The notes under the pieces are model-generated. The model was not told the DNA's origin. It was given only the letters and a program-made list of their open reading frames with translations, and made no database searches. From positions 221,347 through 285,346 of the forward strand of contig JBNGIO010006336.1 of assembly GCA_049999805.1 (NCBI GenBank): a stretch of 64,000 bases of DNA, read 5' to 3'. The DNA comes from Folioceros fuciformis (lineage: Eukaryota). Of the stretch, positions 1 through 10,862 are shown one piece after another (position 1 is the stretch's first letter; each line of letters opens with the position of its first letter). The position numbers were made by a program, and so were the translations under genes.

Positions 1-1433
1 CAGCACCCCAGGGTCAGTCTTCCATGGCTGAGGAACCATTTCGGCTGGAAGCTGAGCCCGCTGAATAAGTTACCGTTTTCAGGCCAGGTTCCGGCTGCTG
101 ATCCCACTCCTTCCCACCTCTTCTCTATCTTTCCCATTGCTCATGCTCCTCCCCTAGAGGCTGGCTCAGCCACCAAGGGTGAACAGTTGCAGGGGAAGAC
201 TCAGCGGGCGACCATCCAGCAAGGAAGAGGCGGCGTCCGCAAATCTTTGAAGATCATACATCCTCCGAAGTCTCAGGATAGTCTAAGAGGTGGTAGATCC
301 TTGTGGTGGTAGGGCCAGGAGCTCATTGGTGGCAGGTGGTGCTAGAAGTCTAAATAAGTGGCTGGTGACAGCCGGCTAGGCTATTAAAATAATATTTCTC
401 AAGTTAGAGAGAGGTGAAGTCAGAGAGAGAGAGAGGCTTCCATAAGATCAGGTGAGCCTGTAGGAGGAGGGAGTCATTCACTTTGGGAGTCAGTTTATCT
501 CTTTGTGAGCTCTTGGAGGTCCTCTCTTCATGAGCTCTTGTGGTCTGTCCTTGCTTGGTTTAGGACCTGCAGTGTGTTGCCGGCTGTGCAACGTCTGGTA
601 GGATCGCAAGCCGCATGTTGCTGGCTGTACAGTGTCTGGTAGGATCGCGGGCAGCGTGTTGCCGGTTGTACAGTGTCTCGTAGGATCACAAGGTGTAATG
701 ACTAGGGTGAAGGGGCTTGCCCCTAGCTCTTGATTGTAAAGGATGTGTGTTTCTCTCGACATGTCCACTCTTGTTCCTTGCTTGGACAAGTGCTGTAGGC
801 CGGCCATGTTTCATGGTGTCTGGTAAGGTTGTGAGGGGGGAGATATCCAAGAGGGGAGTGTGTTCCCTTCTTCCTTTTGTTAAGGGTTAGTCTAGTGACT
901 CTTGCCGGGTAGGAGGAGTCAGTAGGGAAGTGTAGAAGGTAGTGGTGTCATTGTTAGTTGCTGGTGTTGGTGCTGGAGTGAGAGAGTGAGTGAAGTGAGT
1001 GAGGGAAGTCGCAGATCTGAGAGGTTAGAGTCGTTGTAGTGACTGGAAGGAGTTTGTGGGCACCGAGAGAGGTGCAGCTGACCGCTGGACAGCGAGGCCT
1101 GTCCTACGCCTAATCGGAGCTGGAGGGGAGCCCTCGAATCCATCATCAAGTTGATCAAGTCCGGCCCTCCATCCACAGCAGCAAGGAACCCCATCGCTCC
1201 TTCGTGGGAACGAAACCCAATGTCTCAACGACAGTGGGATAAGTGTGGCCACTAAAGGTGGAACCCGTCGGCAATCAGTGCCCGGGGTTTTGCTTCCACA
1301 CGCACACATGTGGGTCTGGAGCGCGTGCATGTGTTCGTGCACAACGTAGCTGGGTAGGTTTGGATCTGGCCATGCTACATCCGGATTTGAGTGTGTGGGT
1401 GCACGATCTCGTGAGAGCCTCGCTCTGATACCA
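1..1433 (-). mobile_element. LTR retrotransposon internal-region remnant downstream of a tRNA-iMet primer binding site
   Basis: GCTCTGATACCA at 1422-1433 reads TGGTATCAGAGC on the minus strand, the canonical plant Met-tRNA PBS. No recognisable intact ORF follows. Confidence 0.55.
575..692. repeat. 41-bp imperfect tandem repeat, ~3 copies
   Basis: Unit tgttgc(c/t)gg(c/t)tgt(g/a)ca..gtct(g/c)gtaggatc begins at 575, 616 and 657. Confidence 0.8.
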
Positions 1434-1608
1434 AAGAGAAATCTTTGAAAGGAGAGAGAAAAAGCATTTCATTAGATGCACGGACACCTTATGTACACCC
1501 GGCAGTTAGGGTTTCAAGTCTTTGGATATATCGTTTGTAGTTATTTACGTATGGTTTTATTTACAGGTCTATTATATATATGCTGCTGCTAGACCAGACT
1601 ATTTCTAT

Positions 1609-2244
1609 CTAAATCTTTCTAGACCTTCCTCTCACCATGAGGGCATTGGAACCTTTCGAAGATTCCATATTCTTCCTGTTCACCTCCTCTGTTAACAGGC
1701 TACCTTCTACATTTACAATGGTAAGACCACTGGCAGGAGCGAAATTACTCAGAGCTATACGAAAGGTGTCCCATCTCTCTGGTAATGTGACCAACAGAAA
1801 TATAGCTCTCACAGAATCTGGGAACGAGATACCTTGAGATCAGAGCTGGCTGAAAATGGTATTGAACTCGTTCAGATGATCGGACATCCTCGTCCCTTCC
1901 TTCATCTTTAAGTCCACCAACTGTTTCAACCAATACACCTAAGAAGCCGCACTTTGCTTCTCATACACGTCACACAACTTCTCCCATAGCTCGTAACTTG
2001 TGGTCTTATCTTTCACGTTGAAGTAGACCGACTTCGACAATGTTAGCATGATGGTAGACCTAGCAAGCTCATCTAGATCCTGCCACTCATCCTGAGTCAT
2101 GCTAACAAGTTTCACTCCTAGCAACTTTATCGGCTTGATTTGCTTCTTCTGCACTAGAACATTATACACTTGTTCTTTCCAGAACGGGAAGTTAATACCA
2201 TCTAACTTCTCGATATTGAACATGACGTTTTCTGAGGACGTCAT
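1609..2244 (-). pseudogene. Ty1/copia gag fragment (Tnt1-like, Retrotran_gag_2/UBN2 type), disrupted
   Basis: IEKLDGINFPFWKEQV...ARSTIMLTLSKSV...ELWEKLCDVYE, then LLVTLPERWDTF...SLLTEEV...NALMVRGRS. Split by a stop codon. Confidence 0.8.
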
Positions 2245-2699
2245 GATTCAAAAATCGATGCAAATCAACTAAAAGGCTAGTTAGAAAACAGTAGGAATGT
2301 AATGTAGATTCTCAAAGTTACCCTCACAACTTGTTCCAAATTGGATGTCCACAACTTGGGCTTCGATCGCTCACAACTGGTATGTCTTCCATCGTCCAAT
2401 CGAGATCTTGACTTCCACAGTTAGGGTCAGTTCAGCACCCACACCCTCGCTCTCGGCGATCGCAATTCGTCCGCTTTCTGGCGCCTGTCTAGCGCGCTCG
2501 GTGCCCGGCCAGATCCTTGCCTCGCTGGCGCCCCGCTGGCGAATGGCTGCCGTCCAGGTGTCGTCCGGCTGGCGCCCTGCTGGCGCCTCGTTGCCGCCTG
2601 GGTGTCGCCCCATGGGCGCCCAGATGGCGCTTCGCTGGCGCCCGGGTGGAGTCCCGCACAAGGCGACCAGGCGAGCGGCACAAGAGGAGGTTTTTTCAT

Positions 2700-3559
2700 G
2701 CAGGCTACCGTGCTCGGCGGGATTGAACCCCGCCCAGGAGGTGGAGGACTCTGTGGCTACCGGGTTGCATGCAACACGGGCAGGAGCCGGGATCAGTCAA
2801 ATGCACTACGACTTGCTTGGAGATCGGATGCAGGGCACCACCAGAGATGGCGGCGCCCCATCCCCCTAGCCCTTCCGCTTCTGCTACAAGGGGGGGAGGC
2901 CGAGAATCGAATTGGCGCATTCGATCTGGCCAAGGCATCGGTCTTAGGCGGGCGCGCTTGGATGCTCCTATGATGGTTAGGTCTAAGCTCGCAGTTCTGG
3001 AATTGTGGTGCCCTCGAATTGTCCTCCGGACACACCGGGCAGGTGTGTCTTGTGCATACACTGCAGGAGGGCACACAGTGGGAGGGCACTTTGCTGGAAG
3101 GCACGTTGTTGATCACGCCCTCTGATCCCGCAGCAGGAGGGCACACTGCAGGAGGGCACACAGTAGGAGGGCACTTTGCTGGAGGGCACGTTGTTGATCA
3201 CGCCCTCTGATCCCGCAGCAGGAGGGCATGGTTTACTCGAGAGCACGCTGATGACCACGACTGTAGGTGCTGGTTACTTTATGGTGGTGCTCTGCTGATC
3301 ACGGTGCCTGGACAGGATTTGATGCCGGGCAAGTTTTTTTTTTAATGAGGAGGCATTTTGCTGCACGGATGAGCACTGTGTGATGTGGTTTGTGACACTA
3401 GCTTGCCACCTTTCCTTCACGTGATGCACTACTTGCTTGCTGTTTCATTTTTTTCCTTGTCACGTCTTCCGCTGCTTTTTTTTCTAACCCTGTGTGTGCG
3501 AGGAAGCACTGAGGTAGCTATCCGTCCGAGGTCGGGCAGATAACATTCTACCCTCCCCC
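2700..3559 (-). mobile_element. Probable Ty3/gypsy polypurine tract plus LTR fragment
   Basis: The minus strand reads GGGGGAGGGTAGAA-TGTTA at 3559-3541, a typical PPT followed by a TG LTR start. The left boundary is uncertain. Confidence 0.45.
3056..3229. repeat. 87-bp tandem duplication built from 15-bp GGAGGGCAC sub-units
   Basis: Two copies of acactgcaggagggcacacagt(g/a)ggagggcactttgctgga(a/g)ggcacgttgttgatcacgccctctgatcccgcagcaggagggca. Confidence 0.85.
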
Positions 3560-3908
3560 GAACTGATGGCCACATCATAGCCTCCTGCACAGGAAGTTAG
3601 CTTCGTTAGCACATTTCTTTTATATATGTATCTTTTTTTTCTTAAATAATAATTTTTTTATTTATGGAAAATTATTTATAGAATTTATCCAGTTTTTTCA
3701 AACAAAAGGCACATATTTTGCTACTTCTTCACCTAGCCATAGCCTAGTGGGAGAACCATCATATGTCACTTTTTTGGAGACAAGGATTTTGATTATAAGC
3801 ACGAAGAGGATTCAGGTTCGTCAGACGATGATCCTCTCCTCGGGATACACATGAGCAACACAACAGCAAGCACAACCACCATCACGTAACACAAACACTC
3901 ACGTAAAC

Positions 3909-6900
3909 ATGTCTGCCTCCTCTTCAATATCTGAATTAAAAGAAAAGGATAGATTTAATGGCAACCAATATCACATTTGGCATGTCCGAATGAGGGCTGT
4001 CCTTGTAGCCAGGAAAGTGTGGACTGTGGTGGACGGGACCTGTAAGGAGCCAGCTGCAGCCGCCACAGGAACTTCACTTTCAAATGCTCAACAAACCCTC
4101 CTAGACAAATGAACTTTAGACAACGACCTTGCTGTAGCGCTCCTCATAAGTGGTTTGGATGCTGTTTTAATTCCAGATGTAGAATATTTGCTCAAAGCTC
4201 ATGAGATCTGGGCGCAACTTGAGAGGACATACCGAGTGCGCAATAGGATGGCTTTTTGTGCTGCAAGGCAGGAGCTGTTCACCCTTAAGATGAAGGAGTC
4301 CGACAAGGTTGCAGTTTTTATGAGCAAGTTCAAACATTTACGCGTAGACCTAGTATCTTTTGGTTCTACTATGGATGAAGAGGATGCCATTGCACAACTG
4401 CTGATAAGCCTTCCACCATCCTATCAAAATTTTGTGAGTATACAAAATGGTCCAATTCGCCCTACAGGCACTACGAGCACAGCCAACACTAGGACATTGG
4501 AGGATGTCATTGGGGCATTGTACCAGGAGGAGGAAAGTCGGCAGCTTATGTCAGGTGGACATAAACACAAGAGTGAAAAGGTGATGGCTACGAAGTTCAA
4601 GCCGCACACAGATAAAGGGAAGACTCAAGGATCAGGTCAGCGTGCTAGTGACTCTGGATTTTCTTCCACTAAAAGGACAGGCAACTATAATTGGTGTGGG
4701 ATAGCTAGGCACTGGGCCCGTGACTGCCGCAAGAAGAAGGCTAGCGAGCCGCAGCGCCAACACAAACCTACTTCCAGCATGGCAGTGAAAGACAAGTCTG
4801 GAGGTGACCACGATAAATCTACTGTGAGGATTTATACTGTTTGCTTGTATAGCTCCACGAGGGATAGTATCAGTTGGTATCTGGACTCTGGAGAACCTAC
4901 ACATATTTGTGTGGACAAGGACCAGTTTTCACATGTGCATATGCTCAAAGTACCTGAGAAAGTGCTGTTGGGAGATGAGAGGACTGAGACTGGGTTGTAG
5001 ATCAAAGGGCACGGGAGTTGTACCTTTATCTTGCCGGACAATACAGAGCTTACTCTTGACGGGGTGCTGTATGTCCCAAGGATGGCGAAGAATTTGATAT
5101 CACTTAGCAGACTGTTGAAGTCGCACGCTCTTCTTATGCAAGTTGATCAGTTGTCTTGTTCCTTTAGCTAGGCAGATTCACCTGGTATCTGTGCCTTCGA
5201 AGGGGTGGTAGTCAACGACTTGTACAAGCTGAACATCAACTGCAAGCCTGCTCATACAGTATGTTCTACAGGGAGTACCCACATGGACCAGAAGAAGCTG
5301 GCTGCTTTGTGGCATGCTCACCTAGGACACATCAACCGAGCAAAGCTGGTGGACATGTCCGACAAGGAATGTTTTCGAGAGCCCCTGCCCAAGTGCTTCA
5401 AAGACCTTACAGTCTGCGAAGCATGCATTCTTGCCAAGAAGAAGGAGGCTCCTTTCCTAATGCACCTGCACATAGGGCATCACAAGTATTGGAGCTTGTC
5501 CATGCAAATATATCTGGGAAGATACATGAGGCTTCACTTGGCGGATCTCGTTACTACTTTTGCTTGACCGACGACTATAGTAGGTACACATGGACCTTTC
5601 CTATGCAATGGAAGAGTGATATATTCACCTGTTTCCAGGAATGGTTTCATGTTGCCCAGAGACAGTCGGGTCATCTTCTTAGAATGCTACGCACGGACAA
5701 TGGAACGGAATTTGTCAACGCTGCCTTCGACGAGTACTCGGCACAACCTGGCATTCAGCGCTAGCTTAGTGTACCATATACTCAACAACAGAACGAAGTT
5801 GTCGAGCGGAAGAACCAAACTCTGCTAGGTATGACCAGGAGTATGCTGCTTTGGGCAGGTCTTCCTCAAGGGTATTGGGCAGAGGCCGTAGTTGCTGCGA
5901 CGTACATCCTCAATCGGGTGCTCACTAGTGCTGTACATGGAACGACACCATATGAGGTATTTCGGAAGCGTAAGCCTAGCCTACTTCATCTTCGAGTTTT
6001 TGGAGCGAAGGCATTCGCTTATATCCCTTCCGAAAAGAGGAGGAAGCTTGACATGAGAGCCAAGGGCATTTTTTTCGTCGGATACAGCGAGACTGCCAAG
6101 GCATACAAGCTTTATGATCCGGTTACTCACTCTCTAACCTTAGCTCGTAGTGTCACTTTCATTGAACCTAGCTATGCTCATGGTGAACCGGCCACGTCAG
6201 CAGAGGGAGCAGCTCCATTAGCTGATTATGATGATGAGTAGGACACTAATCAGGTGCCTACCATGTATCCACAAGATGATGAGCTGCCAGCTAACCCTTC
6301 GCCTGTTTTAGATGCATAGGATGTCCAGCCTGCCCATGCACCCGTAGATGAGCTGGCACATGAACACCTGAATGCACCAATTGTGGACAACAACCCTGCA
6401 CATCACCCTGAACCTTTCATGGAAGATGCAGTTCCTGACCCTCTTCAGGATGACCATGAACCTGTTTTAGAGTCAGATGTCATGCAGCCACAGGTTGTAG
6501 AAGTTCCACCAGAGCCCGAGTTGCACAGATCCACCCGCCATAGACTACCTAGAGCCAAGTGGATCGAGCCCCCCTACGAGTCTATAGATTTCCGCAACAC
6601 TTCCACATCACTCGCTGCTGTCATCCCTAATGAGCCAATCAACTTGAAGCAAGCCTTGTCTGGCCTTGATGGTGACAAGTGGCGTATATCAGTTGAGGAT
6701 GAGTATCAGTCCTTGATCAAGAATAATACATGGAAGTTAGTGGATTTGCCACCTGGCAGGAAACCCATCTCGTGCAAGTGGGTTTTCAAGCACAAACTCA
6801 ACTCCAAGGGAGAGATTGCACGTTACAAATCCAGACTCGTGGCTAGGGGCTTCACGTAGGTTGAAGGCCTAGATTACCAGGAGACTTTCAACCCCGTAGT

Positions 6901-8215
6901 CAAATCTCAATCAATCAGGATGCTGCTTGCTATGGCTACAGAACATGATCTGTATCTGCATCAAATGGATGTATGCACAGCTTATTTGTACGGCAAGCTT
7001 GAGGAGGAACTCTACATGCAACAACCTAAGGGGTATGTTGATCCTAAATACCCCAACAAAGTTTTAGTTCTTCTCAAGTGTATTTATGGCCTCAAGCAAT
7101 TTGGTAGAGTATGGTACTTTACCATGCATGTTTATTTATTGGAGATTAACTTTGTACAAAGCTCTGCTGATTCCAATATATATATGCTTACCCAAGGCTC
7201 TACATATGTCATTTTGGCTTTATATGTTGATGACGTAATATTGGCTACAAATGACAAGACCCTATTGGAACATGTCAAGTCGCTTTTATCTAACAAATTT
7301 GAAATGAAGGATATTGGTGAATTGAAGTTTTGTTTAAGGATACAGATTGTGAGAGCTGATGGGGTGATGGCCATACATCAAAATAAATACATCAAGGAGA
7401 TTTTGACCAAGTTTCATATGGATCAGGCATGACCCACTACTACCCCAGTTGTTGTGGGCGTGAAGCTTATTAGCCTTCAATGTGCTTAGACCCTAGAGGA
7501 GCAGCTGCATATGCAGGATGTACCCTATAGACATGTGGTCGGGAGCCTCATTTTTGTGGTGAACTGGACCCAACCCGACATCCAGTATGCAGTTAGTACA
7601 GTGTTGCAGTTCTTAGAACACCCTAGTAGGGCTCATTGGGTTGTCGTCAAGCGTATCTTCAGATACTTAGAAGGCACAATGACACATGGGCTCATATACA
7701 AGCGTAGTGGCAAGGCTAAGCTCATCCTACAAGGTTTCACAGATGCCGACTGGGCGTCTGATGCTAACTCCCGTTGCAGCCTCTCCACATATTGTTTTCT
7801 TCTTGTTGGAGCTGCTATTAATTGGAGTTGCAAGAAACAACCCTCTATATCTTTATCTTCAACAGAGGCAGAGTATAAATCTCTCACTGAGGCCACCAAG
7901 GAGGCTGAATGGGAGAAGAGATTCTTGGAGGACTTGGGACAGACACAACAGGATCCTACTCCTATCTTATGCGACAACATGTCAGCCCTTGCCCTGGTCG
8001 CTAACCCTCGATTCCATGCACACACCAAGCATATAGAGATATCCCATCATTACATCAGGGATGCCATGGATAGAGGGGTAACGAAGGTTAGTTATGTTGG
8101 AACAGATGACAATGTGGCCGACATTCTAACCAAAGCACTTTCTAAGCCAAAACCCTATAAGCATATGGATGGCTTAGAGCTGGGTGATTACTCAGCTTAT
8201 GTGAATGACACATAG
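3909..8215 (+). mobile_element. Ty1/copia retrotransposon gag-pol, pseudogenised (gag, Zn knuckle, protease, GAG-pre-integrase, integrase, RT, RNase H)
   Basis: FNGNQYHIW; WCGIARHWARDC; WYLDSG; LWHAHLGH/CEAC; LTDDYSRYTW/LRTDNGTEF; QMDVCTAYLYG/LYVDDVIL; GFTDADWA/CDNMSAL/HTKHIEI/VADILTKAL. Domain order PR-IN-RT-RH is copia-type. Several stops and frameshifts. Confidence 0.95.
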
Positions 8216-8483
8216 TGTAGGATTAGACCTACAGAGGGAGCGAACGACTCAGTAGATGAAGCCACAAGCAGACAACCAGTTGTGAGTTGTTTATCTGCAT
8301 TTTTCTTTATGAGCTTTCTTCAATTTCAAAATTGCTACTGCTGTGTCGCCAGCACATGTATTTTCTACCACAAAGTGGGGGACGCCACATGTGTGGAGAA
8401 TCATTGCCCGCTGGTGCACTATTTGCCTTGCTTCATTTCTGTGGAGATTGCTCTAGACCAGTTGTTACCTAAGCGTGAAGCTT

Positions 8484-8600
8484 GAGAAGGAGTATTAAGA
8501 TAACAAGCCCTGTCACACTTAGGATTGTATGTATTTAATTTAGATTAAATATGTTTAGTTAGAGTGAAACAACATGACTCTAGGTCATGAATATTTAAAC
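8484..8600 (+). mobile_element. Copia polypurine tract and start of degraded 3' LTR
   Basis: GAGAAGGAG directly followed by TATTAAG (likely decayed TGTT) at 8493, ~270 bp after the RNase H stop. The LTR end and a matching 5' LTR were not found. Confidence 0.45.
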
Positions 8601-8636
8601 ACATGTTTTATAAACATTTTGTATTGATTATTTTAT

Positions 8637-10734
8637 TCATTCAGTTTTGGCAACAATCGTTTGCACAACTTTCATACACATCTCTTCCAAAAACATCTTC
8701 GCTATCCTCGTAGCATTACCTACAACATCATTTGTCGTACACGGTCTTGGCGCTATGGTCTCCACTGGCGTTGTATCATTCTCCTCACCCTCCTCATTGA
8801 TAGGCGGAGGGATTAATGCTTGCCATATTTCGTCCTCAATAGGAATATACGTAGTCTCCAATCCTTCATCCTCCCCAAAGTTCAAATACTCTTTAGCTGT
8901 CATCGTTGGATATCCAACATCAGCAATTCCTGTCATATCCTCAGATGTTAATAATGCTAAGCTTCGCATGGACTGTTGTAGCTCTTCTACCTGTGTTTCC
9001 AATGAATTAGAGTGATTTTGAGGATCCGACAATGGATCCTCTGGATCATATGGTGGGCTGTTTAGATTCAAAGACTCACAAAATAGAGCATCTTGTGCAC
9101 GCAATTCCGCATCCAAAGTGCTATGCCTCCAACAATTGCGTATGGTATGAGGACTCACAAATGAAGTCCAAGCTTTTACTAGCATAACCACTGCTTGATA
9201 TACATCGATAGTTGTAGCCGCATTGTCTATGATCTGGTTGCATTGATACAAAATCATCAACTTGCGATACTGAGCCTTGAAAGAACAGATGATCCCTTGG
9301 TCCAAAGGTTGATATACGCTTATCACATTAGGTGGAGAGAAAAACACCTTTGTAACTTTCAATTGAGCTGCATTACCCAACCGATGCCCAAGACAATTAT
9401 CCACTATAAGTAACACTCTAATCCGCCCTAATGCAACCATCCTCTGGTCAAAATCTAGCAAAAACTTTTCAAACAGCTCTATTGTCATCCATGCCTTTTG
9501 GTTTGTAGACTAGATAATATTCAAATTCTCGGGATTTTGAACATTCCTGATGGAGAAAGCACGAGGCCTAAGATATCTGTTAATCACAAAAGGTGGCAAT
9601 TTGCAAGATCCATCAACATTTGTTGTCAGTCCAATTGTCAACCGATCCTTAAACTACTTCTGTCATGCAACACGCATTGTTGCAAGTGTCATGTTCGGCG
9701 GTGCTCTGAAGAAAAGACCAGTCTCTTCCATATTAAAAACATTTGCAGCTCCATAATCAAGAACTTGAAGTTGCAGCTCTCTAATAGCTGCCTTCACTGC
9801 TGCCGTATTGTCAACACTCCCTACCTCTCCATGTCTGACAACTGATTTAAAGTTATACCTTTTCTTCCAGCGAACAAACCCAACCTCTATAGTATGTCAT
9901 TTTTGGTCTCTCATCTTCAGGAATCCTCTCGTGGAATTTGGAAGCCATCTCACGAAGCAAGTCATCTGAAATTGTGGGACCTTGAGCTTGGATTGCAAGA
10001 GCCCAAACGTGTACTGTGTGGTCAACCTGTGGGCATACGGCTGGTCTATCCCTCATTCCTGCCATATTAGTTGTTGGACCAATGGCAGGGTCCAACCATT
10101 TGTCTTCGTCGTTCACAATCCTAGACAATGCACTTTTAGAAGCTGCTATTAAAAACTTCTATATAGTCCATCTAGTTAACTCCTTAAGTGTGCAAGAGTG
10201 TTGGACATAATATTCGCAAACCTCTTTCTTTTGTTGCTTTGTTAGAGTAGCATGCTTGCGCGGCGACTTGGGCTGCATTGTTCATACACGTCAAAGAGAA
10301 TGGGTAAGGAACACATACAAGATATCTCACAGCAAGACAACAACTTACAACACCATAAGACAACTTGTAGAATGAAACAACTTATGTACTAGGAACAATG
10401 CTTCTGATCACAAAGCATAGTGTACAGAAACTATTGCATATACAGGCCCAATCTCGATGATTGACTGTTTATGTTTTATGATATAATCTCAATAGCCTTT
10501 AACTTGACAGAATCTCAATAACTCATGATTTAATCTCGATAAGACGATTTTTTCAATTTTTTTAAAATATTTATTTTCTTTTTTACAGAAGTATACTTGC
10601 ATTGAATGGTTGGGAAATATATTTTCATTTATAAATTAAAAAAATTTTCTATTTATAAATTAGAGGGATTTCTCATTTAGCATGTAGCCCATTCAAGAGT
10701 AAGCCCGGGCGTCCAATTAGAGGGGTTTGATTTG
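8637..10734 (-). mobile_element. pogo/Tigger-like (CENP-B HTH + DDE_1) DNA transposon, degenerate
   Basis: ATG at 10278 (MQPKSPRKHATLTKQQKKEVC, HTH-like). NMEETGLF near 9720, LLIVDNCLGH, PPNVISVYQPLDQGIICSFKAQYRK. In-frame stops. TIR-like AATTAGAGGGGTTTGATTTG followed by TA at 10715-10736. Confidence 0.85.
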
Positions 10735-10862
10735 TATGTGAGAAGTGGCAACAATGGCCAATCTTCTTCGCGAAAAACAATGGCTAATCTGCTATGCCAT
10801 TCAGTGAAAGTGATCTAAGTTATCAGTCGGGCATAGGTACACCAGCACAACTCAGTGCAAAG

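Noticed and set aside
3056-3229. Regularly spaced repeats resembling a CRISPR array
   Set aside because: There are no unique spacers or cas genes, and the context is a eukaryotic retroelement.
2345-3258. Many overlapping ORFs on both strands
   Set aside because: GC-rich, repeat-derived sequence with no recognisable domain.
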